A stretch of 64,000 bases of DNA from Octopus vulgaris (GCA_951406725.2 OX597815.1:29884001-29948000), one strand, 5' to 3'. Positions 1-13,912 are shown, counted from the stretch's first letter. A program made the numbers and translations. Notes: generated by a model from the letters alone, not told the origin.

Positions 1-114
1 ATGATAAAAAGCGATGCCAACCTCGGCGGAATTTGAACTCAGAACATTAAAACGGGACGAAATGACGCTAAGTATGTTACACGGCGTGCTAGCGATTCTG
101 CCAGCTCGTCGCCT
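1..114 (-). mobile_element. tRNA-derived SINE (Meta-domain-like family), 5' part, cut by window edge
   Basis: Reverse complement matches the head of the copy at 33682 (aaggcgNcgagctggcagaa...ttctgagttcaaattccgccgagg). Confidence 0.8.
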
Positions 115-1204
115 TCGCTTCCACTAATATTACCATCACAAATACCATTACACCAACCCATAGCTACCATTACGCCGTTCAAGAATTTGGATCTGGAGAT
201 CTCCATTTCCAGCGACTTCGAGGGCCACCTCCCAGTGGTGTCGGGCGTCAACGAAGAGCCCTCGACTACAACAAGACGACAAAAGTTACTTTTTTCTTAT
301 TTTCCCAAGGTCTGGGGTCTCCCGCCCCTAAGCCCTAGACCATCACCTAAACACCTTTACCCGTCTTGTTGCTTAACAACCACAACAACAACTACCATTA
401 CAGCTGTAACACAAAATCATTATTAACAACAACAATTGCTTTCACCATTACAAACACCACCCAACACCATCATCAGCAGCATCGTCGTCACCATCATTAC
501 CAGCAGCATATCTATAACTACCACCATCAACACCACTGTTACCTTCACAAAGACCACTGGCATCATTCCCCATCCCCACTGTTTCACCATTACAAAGTAT
601 AACACCATCGTCATTTTTTCTTTATTTAAAGATGCTTTTGTCGCTGCTAATACTACAGTTGCTGTTCTTTATCTTCTGTTTCTTAAAATTTTTTTTGGTA
701 TATATATCAAGTATATATTGTGGGCATTTAACCTACTAGAAATAGTAGTCAAATCTCTATGAAAGCATACCATACAGCCTTGAGAAAATAAAAGGGCACA
801 GTAGATAATGTAATGATCCTACAGCAGATAATGTGATGATAAGGTCTAAAAAGACGAGATGGTCGCAGCTGGAACACCATTGATCAAAAGCCTGCTCAAT
901 CATAGTTGACCTAGGACAAAGCAGCAACAGCATAAACGACCTCATCGCTATCACTGCATCTACTTTTCATTAGGAATTGGTGACAGATTTCTCACTGTCA
1001 TCATCGTTAAATCACGTGATATCAATTTTCCAAGCGGAGATGATAAACAGCTGAATCCAAGAGGAAAAAATTAGGGAAGATGGGAGGAAAAGTAAGGGAA
1101 AAAACAGTAAACCCTGCCCCTCCCCCACAAAAAAAAACAACACATAACACAACAGGAAGCAAACAAAAAGGGACTGGCAACAGTAGAAATGTTACCAGTA
1201 AAGC

Positions 1205-1454
1205 ATGCATACATACACATACATACATACATGCATACATACATACATAAATACATACATAAATACATACATAAACACACAGACACACACACATAGGTAG
1301 GTATGTATGTGTATATATATTTTATATGTGTATATATATATATATAATACATATGCATACATTTGTCTATATGCATGTATATTATACATGTATATATTTA
1401 TTTATGTGTGTGTTTATGTATATATAATATATATACGCGTGTGTATATGTATAC

Positions 1455-1518
<64 letters not shown>

Positions 1519-1667
1519 CAAAGTGGAGTTGTGGGGTATATATATATATATATTTTACTATATTTACATATACATATATATGTGCGTGTGTATGTGTGTG
1601 TGTGCGTATAAATTCATAGTCACGCATGTATGTTATATGTGTGTGTTTATGTGTTTGTGTATAAAGC

Positions 1668-1721
<54 letters not shown>

Positions 1722-1782
1722 ATATATATATGCGTGTGTATATGTGTGTGTGTATATATATATATATATGTATATGTATATA
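1205..1782. repeat. Compound (TA)n/(CA)n/(TACA)n microsatellite
   Basis: Direct reading. Confidence 0.95.
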
Positions 1783-2444
1783 AAGTAACAAGAGAAAACA
1801 CTCACCAATGACAACAACAACGGCGTTAGAACAAAATCAAACTATGAACGCATAACTATGCAAAATTTCCCTCAATTCATAAAGGATAAGCAAAAGACAA
1901 TATTAATCTTTCGAACTCGATAATAACCTTTAAAGATGTCTACGCTTAATTCATTTATAAAACTGATGTTACTCAGATAATCTGCAGCCTCATACACCGC
2001 TCCGCTTACGACGCCCTAGGGGAGTCTAGTTTTCTGTATGGTTATGTTTAGTATACCCTGGAGGAACAGACTTATATATGCATGCAATCAATAAAAGAGC
2101 CCACCATAGCCGGCCAAAACGCTGCCACCATCACCACCACCGCCGCGGCTGGCGCCGCCTTATGCGTTCATTATTATAGTCACAAAAACTTATCTCCATA
2201 TTCTCTTTCGGTCTTCTGTGACTTGTATCAATAGAAGTAGCGGCAGCAACTATAACAACGATAACAATAATATAAAGTTTCTTCGAATAAGTATGCTGCT
2301 GCTGCTGATGATGATGATGGTGATGATGACGATAACGACGACGACGATGACGATGACGATGATGATGATCGCAAAACTGATAAAGGAATGTTATTCATCA
2401 TAATAAAATTATCATTAATAATAGCAAAGAAAATAAAAGAAATA

Positions 2445-2554
2445 TAATGTTAAGCAATACTAATCATCATAAAAACAACGTGGAGAATGATGCCGATGAT
2501 GGTGATAATAATAATGATGATGATGATGATGATGATAATAATAATAATAATAAC

Positions 2555-2616
<62 letters not shown>

Positions 2617-2693
2617 TGATGATGATGATGATAATACTACTACTACTACTAATAATAATAATAATAATGATAATAATAATAATGATGATGATG

Positions 2694-2724
<31 letters not shown>

Positions 2725-2726
2725 TA

Positions 2727-2766
<40 letters not shown>

Positions 2767-2900
2767 TGATGATGATGATGATGATAATAATAATATTAAT
2801 AATACTAATAATAATAATATTAATAATAATGATAATAATAATTATCTCATCATCATCAACATCATCATCACCATCATCATCTTCATTATTAGTATAATAA
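2445..2900. repeat. (AAT)n/(GAT)n trinucleotide array
   Basis: Direct reading; gives poly-N/D/I pseudo-ORFs. Confidence 0.95.
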
Positions 2901-3014
2901 TCGACAACTGAATTGTTAAGGGCCTGTCTACCGAGCAAATTCAATAACACACTATAAATGAATCTTTGCAGATAAATGGGCAGCTATACCCACGTGTGTG
3001 TACATCCACAAAAA

Positions 3015-3223
3015 AACATACATACATACATACATACATACATACATACATACATACATACATACATACATGCATGCATGCATGCACACATACATACATA
3101 CATACATGCATACATACATACATAATTACATACATACATACATGGATATACGCATATACTTATAAATGCATATGTATATATGTATTCGTACGTGTGTACC
3201 ACCCACTAATATATATATGTGTA

Positions 3224-3264
<41 letters not shown>

Positions 3265-3660
3265 CATAAACGGGTATACGTGTATACATACATAGACACG
3301 CTGGCATGCATACATGTATTCATATATCTATGAATACACACTTAAAAATAAATACACACATATGTATCTATATTGTATGTACAAGAATACACATGCCTAA
3401 ATTTGTATATGCATATGAATATGAAAATATATGAATGAATAATACATATAGGGTGTACATGAGTGTATACACATGTATATATATGTATAAATATGTATAT
3501 ATATATATATGTATATATATGTATATATATATACAGATATATATATATGTATATATATATACATGTGTGTGCGTGTGTATATATATATGTATATATATGT
3601 ATATATATACATATATATATATATATATGTGTGAGTGTGAGAGTGTTTGCATATGCATGA

Positions 3661-3700
<40 letters not shown>

Positions 3701-3740
3701 GCATGCATATGCAAACACTCACACACATACACATACACTC
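3015..3740. repeat. Compound (TACA)n/(TA)n microsatellite
   Basis: Direct reading. Confidence 0.95.
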
Positions 3741-4254
3741 TGTGAGTCAGTCGCATACGTATACTTCACTTATATTATGACCATCGTTCTGAAATTAGCG
3801 ATGATAAAACCAGCTCCGATAAAACTATTTCTCAATACATTCACCAGCGCACACTGGCCATATTGATAGAGATCTCAAGCAATAGATGTACAGCGATATA
3901 TTATTGTTTGTCAAGGCTGAAGCAGGGAGTGACAAACTTCAGTTTAGTTTCAGTGGCACAAAGCGCCAAATTCATTAGATTATTAAATTCTACAGTCATC
4001 TGTCACTGAAGAATATCGCTTCTCGTTTCATTTTTATATGCTATATCCTTTGCTTTACTGATCTCTCTCCCTGTCTGTCTGTCTCTCTCTCACTCTGTTT
4101 ACACACACGTAAGAGTAAATGACGACAACAATTGCTAAAGTTTGAAACACAAAGAATTCAGTTTAAATAAAGCCATATATTCTCTGTATTTCCTCAGTTG
4201 TAAGCACCTGAATCTCTCCCTCCTACATATATACATATACATACATATACACAT

Positions 4255-4319
<65 letters not shown>

Positions 4320-4592
4320 GAATTTACAAAAAAAACAACAAAAGACGAAGACGGGCGTGTAAAATGCTAAAATAATTTTATAAAATACATTTCAGTACCA
4401 GTTTTGGTCATTGAGACTTTTTCAACTCTTTTCTAAGTATGGAAAACAATTAAATTTTGTAAAAATTAAATGAAAAGTTTTTTAAAAGAATATTGTCTAG
4501 TATTCAAATACAAGGGGCATTTTCCTTGTTTCTGCCTGTCTCTGTCTCTCTTGTTTACTCTTGTGTGTTGGAGGTCGTTGTGAATTCTTGAC

Positions 4593-4672
4593 AGAGAAGA
4601 AGAAGAAGAAGAAGAAGAAGAAGAAGAAGAAGAAGAAGAAGAAGAAGAAGAAGAAGAAGAAGAAGAAGAAGA
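4593..4672. repeat. (GAA)n microsatellite inside PLE 3' UTR
   Basis: Direct reading. Confidence 0.95.
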
Positions 4673-5104
4673 GAATGTGGGAATGGTATGATTGTAGTAG
4701 GATGTTATACGGTCAAGTGCCCTGAAAGTGACTTGTGGATGGTAGTAGTGATTGAATTCTCGAGATATCACTTTTGAATGTATTGTTTCTAATATTTGCG
4801 TAGGTGTTATTCTAAACAGCAGTAGTAGTAAAGTAAGGAAGGGGTGGCAGAGAGGGGGAAGAAGACGAAGAAGAAGAAGGAGGAGAAAGAGAAGAAGAGA
4901 AAGAATAATAAAAGAATGCGGATTGTATGATAGTAGTAGGATTTTAAATGGTCAAATGACCTAAAAGTGATTCGTTGTGGATTACAGTGGTGATTGGGAT
5001 TGTTTTTTTTATGAATTCTTGGGTATCTCCTTTGAATGTATCATTTTAAATATTTTTGTGTGTGTTATTCTAAGGTCGTGGTGGATATGTCATTTGTTGT
5101 ATAT

Positions 5105-6548
5105 GCGTTCAAAAGGGGTTTGTATTTTGTGATAAAGACTCTTTACTAATTCATTGGCTACAGGTAATATCGTCCCTGAATTGATAGAAGGGAAAAATTC
5201 TGAAGCTTGGCTTTTTGTTATTGGCGCATATGTCGATGTGTTGGCAGAATGCTATTTTTCTGTTTTTCGGAATTTTGATCTGGGGTCTGTGCAGAGCCAT
5301 CCTTTGACGTAGACTGTTATTTGCTTGGCCTATGTATTGCTCTTGACACCCCGAGTAGGTTAGTGCGTATATCAGGTTCTCCGAAACACATGATAAGCTG
5401 CTTTTCACTGTGAAACGTTGTCCCTGTTTGAAGGAGAACTCTAATCCCTCAATTAAATTGACACATATCCCACAGTTAAGTCTTCCGCAATTTGTTTTTT
5501 ACTGACTGCTTCAGTGTTGTTGTTGAGCCTATTGAGGATTGTGTTAGGAGACTTTTCATAGATTTGGGCTGTCTCTTGCTTTTTATGATGATGTGTGTTT
5601 AGGGGATTAAGTTCATTCTATGGTCCTCTTTTAACAGGGGAATGTTTCGAAAGATGGTGTCGAAGGCTTCATTGTTAAGAGGGTTGTGTGTGGAGATGTA
5701 AGTTAGGGCTTTTGGTTGTAAATCTTTCTTCAATTTGGGATGTCTGAGTTTGTGGCTGTTAAGTTATAGGGTACGTTGAAAGCATATGTCAATTAGTGAA
5801 GGTGGGTAGTTCCTGGTGATGAGTGTATCCTTTAGTTAATGTAGTCGTGTGTCCCTGATGCTTGCATTAGAAACTATAGTACAGATCCTTTTTGCTAGGT
5901 TGAAGGGGATATTCATTCTAGTGTGTCTGTGGTGGCATGAGTTGAACAGTAGATATTACTTGGAGTCCGTGGGCTTATAGTATATCTGTTTCTATTACGT
6001 TGTTAGATTTTTTAATGAGGATATCGAGGAAGGGAAATTGTTGATGGCTATATTTCATCGTGAATTGAATGTTTACGTCAAGTCCATTTATAAGTGCTTG
6101 AAATTCTTTAAGTCTCTCTATACATTCATGCCAAAGAATGAAACAGTCATCCAGATATCTCTTCCAGTTATTTTCTATGTAGAGGGAGAATGGGTTGCCG
6201 TATTTTTCTAGTACTTTACGATAAAGACTAATTTCTAGATATCCTATGACTAGGTTAGCAATGATGGGGACCATTCTCGTACCTATCGCAGTCCCCGATT
6301 TTGTCGATAGAAGTTGTCTTTGAAGACGAAGTAGTTATTCTCCAAGATAAATTTTAACCCTTCTATCACGAATTTTTTTGATTCGAAGTGGGAGTTCGTT
6401 GGCGTAATTCTCTAGCCAGAATTGAATTGCCTCTATTCCTAGGTTGTGTGGGATATTGGAATAGAGGTTGAAAACATCGAAGGATACTAGTAGGGTGTTT
6501 TTGTTTATTGTTTCAGGAAGGTGATTGAGCATATCCAGGTCGTCCCTA
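5105..6548 (-). pseudogene. Disrupted PLE reverse transcriptase / GIY-YIG endonuclease ORF
   Basis: ORFs 6335-6601, 5975-6274 and 5151-5408 are consecutive pieces of one RT-EN protein. Confidence 0.88.
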
Positions 6549-6695
6549 TGTATATATATGTAAGTGTATATATATATATTGTTATATTTCGGAATGGTCA
6601 TTTTGCCAGTTTAGCCAATAAAAACACACGCACTATATATTTGGTGTTACTTTGCTTCAGTGTTATTTATTTTTTATATTAATCTTAATCTTATT

Positions 6696-6742
6696 TCGGC
6701 CAGAGTTCTTTCGTCACACTACTGTGACCGCATCAGTGGTCC
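6696..6742 (-). ncRNA. Minimal type-I hammerhead ribozyme-like motif (core variant)
   Basis: Minus strand ggacca-CTGATGCg-gtcaca-gtag-tgtgac-GAAA-gaac-TC-tggcc: 6-bp stem II, cca/tgg stem I; A9 position deviates. Confidence 0.55.
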
Positions 6743-7049
6743 TTTGTTTTCTTCTTTCTTATTTGTGTCTCACCTTACTAACCGTTAGCCATTTTGTATT
6801 TCTATTGTATGTCTTCATTTGCGCATGCTTATATCTCTATGTGCGTCTATGTTTATTTAGTGTGTGTATGTGGGGGGATGCCTGTAATATTTGTATCTTC
6901 TGTTTATATACGTTCATGTAATTTGTTTTTGTTGTTGTTGTTTTTGTTTATTCTTATTTTGTTCATGTGTTTACATCCACTTATTATTATCATTACATAT
7001 GCTTGTATGTATGTATGTATAACAACAATACTAGTAATAATAATAAGAG

Positions 7050-8495
7050 ACAACATCCTGCTGGGAAACGTAATTTTCATGGATTTAGCGTCGTATTCAA
7101 AATGAGTGCGAAATTATTTAAAAGTACTATAGCTTGTCTAAAAAAAGAAGAAATTAATCCAGGCTTCGAACTTTGTAGACACAAATCAGAAGATCAGAAC
7201 AGAATCGTTTGTACAAGTTCTTAGAAGTGGATACTACTGGTACGTCACATCATTCTACAATGAATGAAAAACTTAAAACGGAGTATTGCAAATGAAGTGA
7301 ATTATTATTAAATATACAAATAAGATTACACTCACAAATACATTAAGTTTTTGAATCAAATAAACTACAGCCCCAATATATAAAAAAAATGTAATATATG
7401 TGAATTATGTCGTCTTAATAGGAAAAACCAGTAACCTACATGACGGCTGATAGAGATAAGATATACGTACTACACGCAAAACGTAGACGTGATAAATGAA
7501 AAATACTATTATTGCAAAGTAACCATAATTTGGTTTAGAAAAATACATAGAAGCCATAAAAGCTGGATTGATTTGTATATATCAGACGAACATGAAATAC
7601 TTAATATATAACATATTTTCTCTTTAGATAAAGATGAGGTACAAATTTGAAACTAAATATATAGAGACAAAAGAATTTAGTAAGGAGAATACAACAGAAA
7701 GGTTGAAAAACCAACAACAAATATTATATCAAAGCAACAATCCGAAGAATAATAGTGCAGAAAAATATATAAAAACAGAGATAAAAAGATTTCCAACCCA
7801 GAAGAGTGCATAGAAATGAAGTGGACCAATATAAAAGTTAACAATTGGTTAAAACTTGCAGAAACGTGAAGATGAATATCTAGTCACATACATACTTTTA
7901 GAATGTAATAATAAACAAAAGTCTGACATCAACTATAGACTCTATAATCAACATAATGAAACAATTTCCGCCAGCTTAGGTCTGTCCCATAATCAACAAT
8001 ACACGCAACACTCACTCACTCACTCACTTACTCACTCACACACACGAATACAGATTCATAAATTTGAGTATCTATGTATATATGTATGCAAGCGTGTTTG
8101 TATGTATGTGTGTATATGTGTCTATGTGTTTATGTGAATGCGTAGCTATATATTAATATATATGTCCAGAGACATGTCCAAATAAATAGCTATATCCATT
8201 AGGCAATATTTTGACACTTCTAGAGGAAACTCGATAATAAATTGAATTAACACGCAACAAAAGCATAATGTATAATAAGATTGGTATAGTAATCTACAAC
8301 ATATACTTTTCCAGGCTTACAAAGTGATCAAAGAGAAATCTCAGATATCATAGTCAAAGTCGGAAATGAAAATATATGCACTCCAACAGACAAACTCGAT
8401 CTCCTCCGCCCAAACATCACCCACAAGTCGAAAGTTATCAAAGTACAAAGACCTTGTCATAGAAATAAGCAGAGTGAGAGTAATTATTCTTGGTA
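7050..8495 (+). mobile_element. Highly decayed R4/Dong-type LINE remnant
   Basis: DINYRLYNQHNETI...YTQH resembles the CRLC..ETI.H zinc-knuckle region; KLSKYKDLVIEISR resembles KLRKYKDLLIEIEK of the copy at 49058; begins after an AAT-rich tract. Boundaries uncertain. Confidence 0.5.
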
Positions 8496-9027
8496 AAATA
8501 CGATACTTGCATTTATTAGCGTATTGTAATGATAAATGCGAACAAAAAAATATTAAATTCTTACCAGCCTACGTGGTTTTCTGTATATTTTAAAAGTGGT
8601 TTTATAAGGGATAGCTTTCATTCTACACAATGTACTTTTTTTTTTAAATAAAGATTTATTTTAAATAAGATTCGCACTCTGCATATTCCATACGATCGCC
8701 TCCAAGTATTATGATATAAACATAAATGAATAAAGAAACCAAAGAGACTGCAACACGCAAATAAGACTGGAAAGAACAAATCATCGTTGTAAATAGTCGC
8801 ACTTATCGCCATAAGACTAAGGAGTTGGCGTCACAATCACGTGGGGCCACGTTCGATCCTAGTGCGTGCTTCCGTGGTAGAAATGTCTTACAACATGGCC
8901 TCAGGTCGAAATTTGGAAGAAACTGTGCAGAATCTCCTCGTGCATCTGTCTATCTGCCTACCCGCCTGTCTGTCTGTCTGTCTATACGTGACGGGCTTCT
9001 CAGTTTCTACTATATATATATATATAT

Positions 9028-9106
9028 TCAAAATAAGCAACAAGGATAGCCAAGGTAGTGTAGTGTAGTACTGCACTACCTTGGATACCCTTGTTGCTTA
9101 TTTTGA
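9028..9106. repeat. Near-perfect inverted repeat (~37-bp arms) at the start of a (TA)n-flanked cassette
   Basis: tcaaaataagcaacaagg...ccaaggtagtg / cactaccttgg...ccttgttgcttattttga. Confidence 0.9.
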
Positions 9107-10169
9107 TTATAATCACCCCATTTGATTTATATGGATAATACCATACCAAATTCTGGTGCCTTTAATTTAAGTACCATATTCATCTGAAGCTATATATATA
9201 TATATATTTATTTATTTAAGTCGTGGTGCAATCTAAAATATTTGTATGTTCGTAATGGTACATGATAGAGTTAATCTGTAAAAAAGGATAAGAAAGAAGA
9301 ATAGCCTAAACTGTTTTTTATTTATCTTGTTAATTTTCAATATGTCCACCATCATTACTAGTACAAAGAGAAATACGGTTCTGTAGTTCTCGGAAAGCAT
9401 TTTCCACTTGATTTTCAATCACATCAGTTTTCCTTGCTTTAAAGTTTTCTAAAGATCGAGGCTTGGTTGAATAAACAATACTTTTCACATGTCCCCATAG
9501 AAAGAAAACAAATCTGGTGAACTTTGGAGCCAGAATGATGGTCCACTTTTTTCAATTCATATGTGAAGTAATTTCTCATTCAGAAACTTTCTAACTTGCA
9601 GAGCAATGTGACAAGGTGTACCATCTTGTTGAAAAACTGTATTTCGTAGCGTTGCACCATGTCTTTATGAACACCCTGTATATATGTATATGTGTGTGTT
9701 TTTCTTGTGTGTTTGAGTGTGTGTGTGTGTGTGTGTGTCATATATATGTATGTATATCTATCTATCTGTTTGTCTCTCTACACATATATTATCGAGTTAG
9801 AAAACAGAGAGATCTAATGGAAACAAATTAATTTATTAATTAATTAGCATATTCACCTACAATTGTTTCATTTCGCAGACAAAATTAAAATTACAAAGCA
9901 TATATAAATATATAATTTTGCATTTTAAATACCTTGTATGGAAAATCATCAGGATGCACAAATATGTCGGTGTGCATATTTTTGAACGATACACATTAGG
10001 AGAGATAGTAGCATGTAGCTCACATATGCTAACTGTCTCAGTGCTTTTGTAGTCACAGACAGACGTAGATACTCTCTCGGCTCCCCTACCCTTGAACCGA
10101 TGGAACATAGGAAGACGTAACACCAGAAGCGAGGAAGAGCTACTCGAGTCCTGCACTGTTTGCTTATTT

Positions 10170-10295
10170 TTAGCTGAGTAGATTCGAATGACGTGAGACT
10201 AAGCGTCTTGCTCAAGCACATTCGCATTGTCCAGTCTAGGACTCGAATCTTCAAACTTATAATTGTTGCCTAACTCCCTAACCACTTGGCCATTC
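10170..10295 (-). mobile_element. Degenerate tRNA-derived SINE head
   Basis: gtcttgctcaagcaca...ctcgaa...ctaaccacttggccat parallels the 5' part of the SINE at 44940-45290. Confidence 0.55.
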
Positions 10296-10327
10296 GAGTT
10301 GTGTGTATGTGTGTAAATCTATACGTA

Positions 10328-11747
10328 CAGCCGTCCTCAAAATTATCTATACCCCATGGGAACTATTATTCGTTTTTAGATTCTTCATTTGTAAAAGTTA
10401 TTATATTGGTACTTCCTATGTATCTTTTGTATACGTGTTGCTATGCACAAATCCACAGATGAGTTGGCTAAACTTCATTTGCATAATAATAGATATGGCC
10501 TAAAGTTCTTTTTTGCATATGTTCAGAATTATTCATACCTCTGTTTTCGCTTATGGTGAATATGCTAATCTTTGTAATCTTTGTCCTATAGTTATTTCCA
10601 GAAGAGTATAGTGTATAAATAGAGTACAAATAGAGGAAAAGTGTTCTGGTCATTCTCAGTTTCTGATCATCATGGCCAAACAGAAGGCGGTCAGTGAGGA
10701 CCTATGTCAACTTCTTGTGCGTGATCACAGTGAAGGAAAGGCTGCAAGGGTATTTCAAAGCAGCATGATATTCCTGTGGCAACAGTCCAGAACATAATCA
10801 ACGAGCACAAGAGGTTCAACATTGTTAAAATTCTCAGTGGGCGTGGCAGGAAGTGTAAGGTGTCGCCCAAACTTGCCAGTAAAATCTTCTGAGGGATCAG
10901 AAACAGGTTTCGGTCCATAACGAAGACCCTTATTGAAACGCTTGACCAGGCAGGGACGTAGGTGTCACCACGATCCACAATTGTGCAAATTGCACAGAAG
11001 AGGTCTCCATGAACGTATGCCGCAGAAGATGCTACTGCTCAGGAGGAAACATCTGGAGGCTTGCCTGGTCTTTGCTAGAGGTAATCTGAAGCAAGACCTC
11101 AGCTTTTGGTCAACCACCCTGTGGTCTGATGAGACGAAGTTGGGAATATTTGGCCATATGGATGCTGAATATATCTGGCGGAAGAAAGGAGAAGCATAAA
11201 AGCTGAAAAACACTGTGCCCATAGTCAAGCATGGTGGTGGAAACATGATGCCATGGGGATGCTTCTCTTCCAGTGGCACAGGGAACCATGTCAAGATCCA
11301 AGAAAGCGTGAGAAAGGAGAATTACATCAGTATCCTTGATGAAAACGTGAAGGAATCCGCTGAGAAACTCCAACTCGGCCACAACTTGAAGTACCAGCTG
11401 GACAATGAACCAAAACATACCGCCAAGGTAGTGAAGAAATGGTTCAACAACAATGATGTCAATGTCTTAGAATGACCAAGTCAGTGTCCTGACCTAATCT
11501 GATCGAGAACTTGTGGTGAGACTTGAAAACCAGAGTGATGGTTAAGAGTCCGACTATCCTGACCCAGGTCGAGGCTTTTGCCAAGGAGGAGTGGGCCGAC
11601 ATCCCACAAGAGACATGCAGGAAGCTTCTGGACACGTACAAGAATCGTATACAAGCAGTCATAAAAAACAAAGGCTATGCTATTGATTATTAAAGAAAGA
11701 TATTAGACTCAGTAAACCTAGGGGATGACTAATTTTGAAGACGACTG
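10328..11747 (+). mobile_element. Full-length Tc1-family DNA transposon, inactive
   Basis: TIRs cagccgtcctcaaaattatctatacccc (10328) and ggggatgactaattttgaagacgactg (ends 11747), each flanked by TA. Confidence 0.92.
10672..11693 (+). pseudogene. Tc1 DD34E-type transposase pseudogene
   Basis: MAKQKAVSEDL..., LWSDETK, VKHGGGNMMPWGCFS, QLDNEPKHT, IENLW, ending GYAIDY*; several frameshifts and stops. Confidence 0.92.
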
Positions 11748-11749
11748 TA

Positions 11750-11781
11750 TGTACACACACATTAACATATGTACATATACA

Positions 11782-11841
<60 letters not shown>

Positions 11842-11918
11842 GTGTGTGTGCGCGTGTGTGTATATACATATATATATATACATATATACATACATACATA
11901 CATACATACATACATACA

Positions 11919-11954
<36 letters not shown>

Positions 11955-11957
11955 TAT
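11750..11957. repeat. (TA)n/(TACA)n microsatellite
   Basis: Direct reading. Confidence 0.95.
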
Positions 11958-12123
11958 GAAAGTCTTTGTGAAAATTACTTAAAACAGTTTTTAAAATTAC
12001 AGGGGATTTTTAAGAAAAAATAATTTTTAAAGAAGTTATAAAATCTTTTATCAGGATTTTATTAGAATTTTTGGAAGAAGTTGTTTCCTAGTGTGTGTGA
12101 GCGCTTTCGATTAACCTATTCAA

Positions 12124-12175
<52 letters not shown>

Positions 12176-12324
12176 GCACACACACACACATACACACACA
12201 CGTACAACACAACACACAGAAGCGCACGTATGTATGTTTGTATGTATGTGTATATGGATGCTACACAAAAGTGCTACGAATGACACTAAATGTGAAATGG
12301 TAGCAACATGTGACAAACGAATGC

Positions 12325-12605
12325 TTGTATAGAGACCTGCTGAAAGTTAGCGAGAAGATCAGGCAAAGGCAGCCCGCCTATTTGGCCACTGCGTGCACCA
12401 TCTTGCACTGGAAGCATTTTAATTAACCTAGTGGGATCCACTGCATAGTGATGTAAGAAGAGGAGAACGTCGTCACACGTACATCGGCAACTTGATTGCA
12501 GACACTGGCCTAGAATGTATCCAGGATATCGATGCATTGTTGATGGACCGGGAAGTGTGGCGGGTAGACCTTGTTGCTGCGGCCCGAGTTGGAACCCGGC
12601 CATAA
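12325..12605 (+). mobile_element. RTE-group LINE 3' fragment
   Basis: Frameshifted SEKIRQRQ..FGHCVHH...RRHTYIGNLIADTGLECIQDIDALLMDREVWR, a typical RTE C-terminus. Confidence 0.7.
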
Positions 12606-13806
12606 TAAAGGAATATTGTGTATATTCATTTATATGTTTACATGTGCCAGTCTTATATGTATAACCCTTTCGTCACAGTTGACACTATTCTCTACTCATC
12701 CATCATCCGCATAAGCTAACATATGCTTTTCGTTTCCACTACTCAACATCACCTACAAGATATTTACACTTTGCCATAAATTAAGTATAAAATTAATCAA
12801 CAACTCTCTCGCCCCATTCACAACTCTACACTTCTGAGACACTCTTTTCTACTCCATGATTTTTCAGTCTCAAAAAAAAAGTTACCTACCCAAAATTATT
12901 TACTGATGTACACCACTCTCCACTATACACCACTTAATCTTTTGTTCCGGTCTTTGACCATGACCGTTTCTAAAAGACACATTTTTACACCAAAAAAATT
13001 CCTTTGGCACTGTTAAACCTTCATATCATGAACTCCCTTTGATTTTATTGTTACAATACCCTGCCCAACCATACAAAACATCACTGGCTGATAAATTAAA
13101 CATATCCAGTTTTATTTTCTAATAGCCAAAACATTTCCTTTTACCAAGCAAAGTAATGGACACCCTGACTCACCTGCACAGTCTCACTCCAGCCCACACC
13201 AACACTCACTCTAAATCACTGTCTGCAAATATTCCAGTACAACAGTCTGATGTATGAGTGTGATATAACACACCACGCTCATACATCAGGCTCCTCTGAG
13301 TAAATATCATTGCTTATGCATATAAATTTTATTTCTGAATATCTTACTGTCCATAGATTTCAGCCTGGGATGAAACTATTAATCACCGTGAGACATTGAA
13401 CGTTAAAATACCTAGAATAAAATCTATATTCTATATGTGTATTAAGTTTCATCTTTCTCACATATAGTCGTATGAAACACATTTCACTTGTTCATCACTC
13501 ATACCCACACAAACTCTCTCTCCTTTTTCGTTTCTTCTTACTCTTTGTACTCACATACACACACATACACACACACACGCACACACACATATTAATCAAA
13601 ATATACAGTATTGTAGATCCATTTCTGCCAATCTTACCCAACGGTTTCACACTAGTTATTAGATAAAAGTACGGTCAAGTTAGACCAGACACTCCGCAGA
13701 GATGACAGGTATAGGCAAAGTACAATACATCTAAACTTCCAAAGCCATTGGTGAAAACCATAGGCGTGTTTCGGTCTTTTAGATTTCCGGCGTGATAATT
13801 ATATTA

Positions 13807-13897
<91 letters not shown>
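13807..13897. repeat. (ATCT)n microsatellite
   Basis: Direct reading. Confidence 0.97.
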
Positions 13898-13899
<2 letters not shown>

Positions 13900-13912
13900 C
13901 CCGAGGGGTTTA

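Larger units (their letters stand above)
4315..6548 (-). mobile_element. 5'-truncated Penelope-like retroelement (RT then GIY-YIG; Cys-rich linker suggests Neptune clade) with 3' UTR/pLTR ending in (TA)n
   Basis: Minus-strand fragments in order: LVSFDVFNLYSNIPH, GTAIGTRMVPIIANL, WKRYLDDCF (RT), CGRLNCGIC linker, NLIYALTYSGCQEQYIGQ...LRQRMALHR (GIY-YIG); frameshifts and stops; TA-rich tracts at both ends. Confidence 0.9.

Noticed and set aside
160-340. Frame reading EFGSGDLHFQRLRGPPPSGVGRQRRALDY, reminiscent of a TGF-beta RxRR|ALD cleavage site
   Set aside because: No cysteine-knot sequence follows and no convincing exon boundaries; likely chance. RNA-seq or tBLASTn would decide.
11124-11142. 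ctgatgagacgaag hammerhead-like string
   Set aside because: Encodes the WSDETK motif of the Tc1 transposase; no stems.
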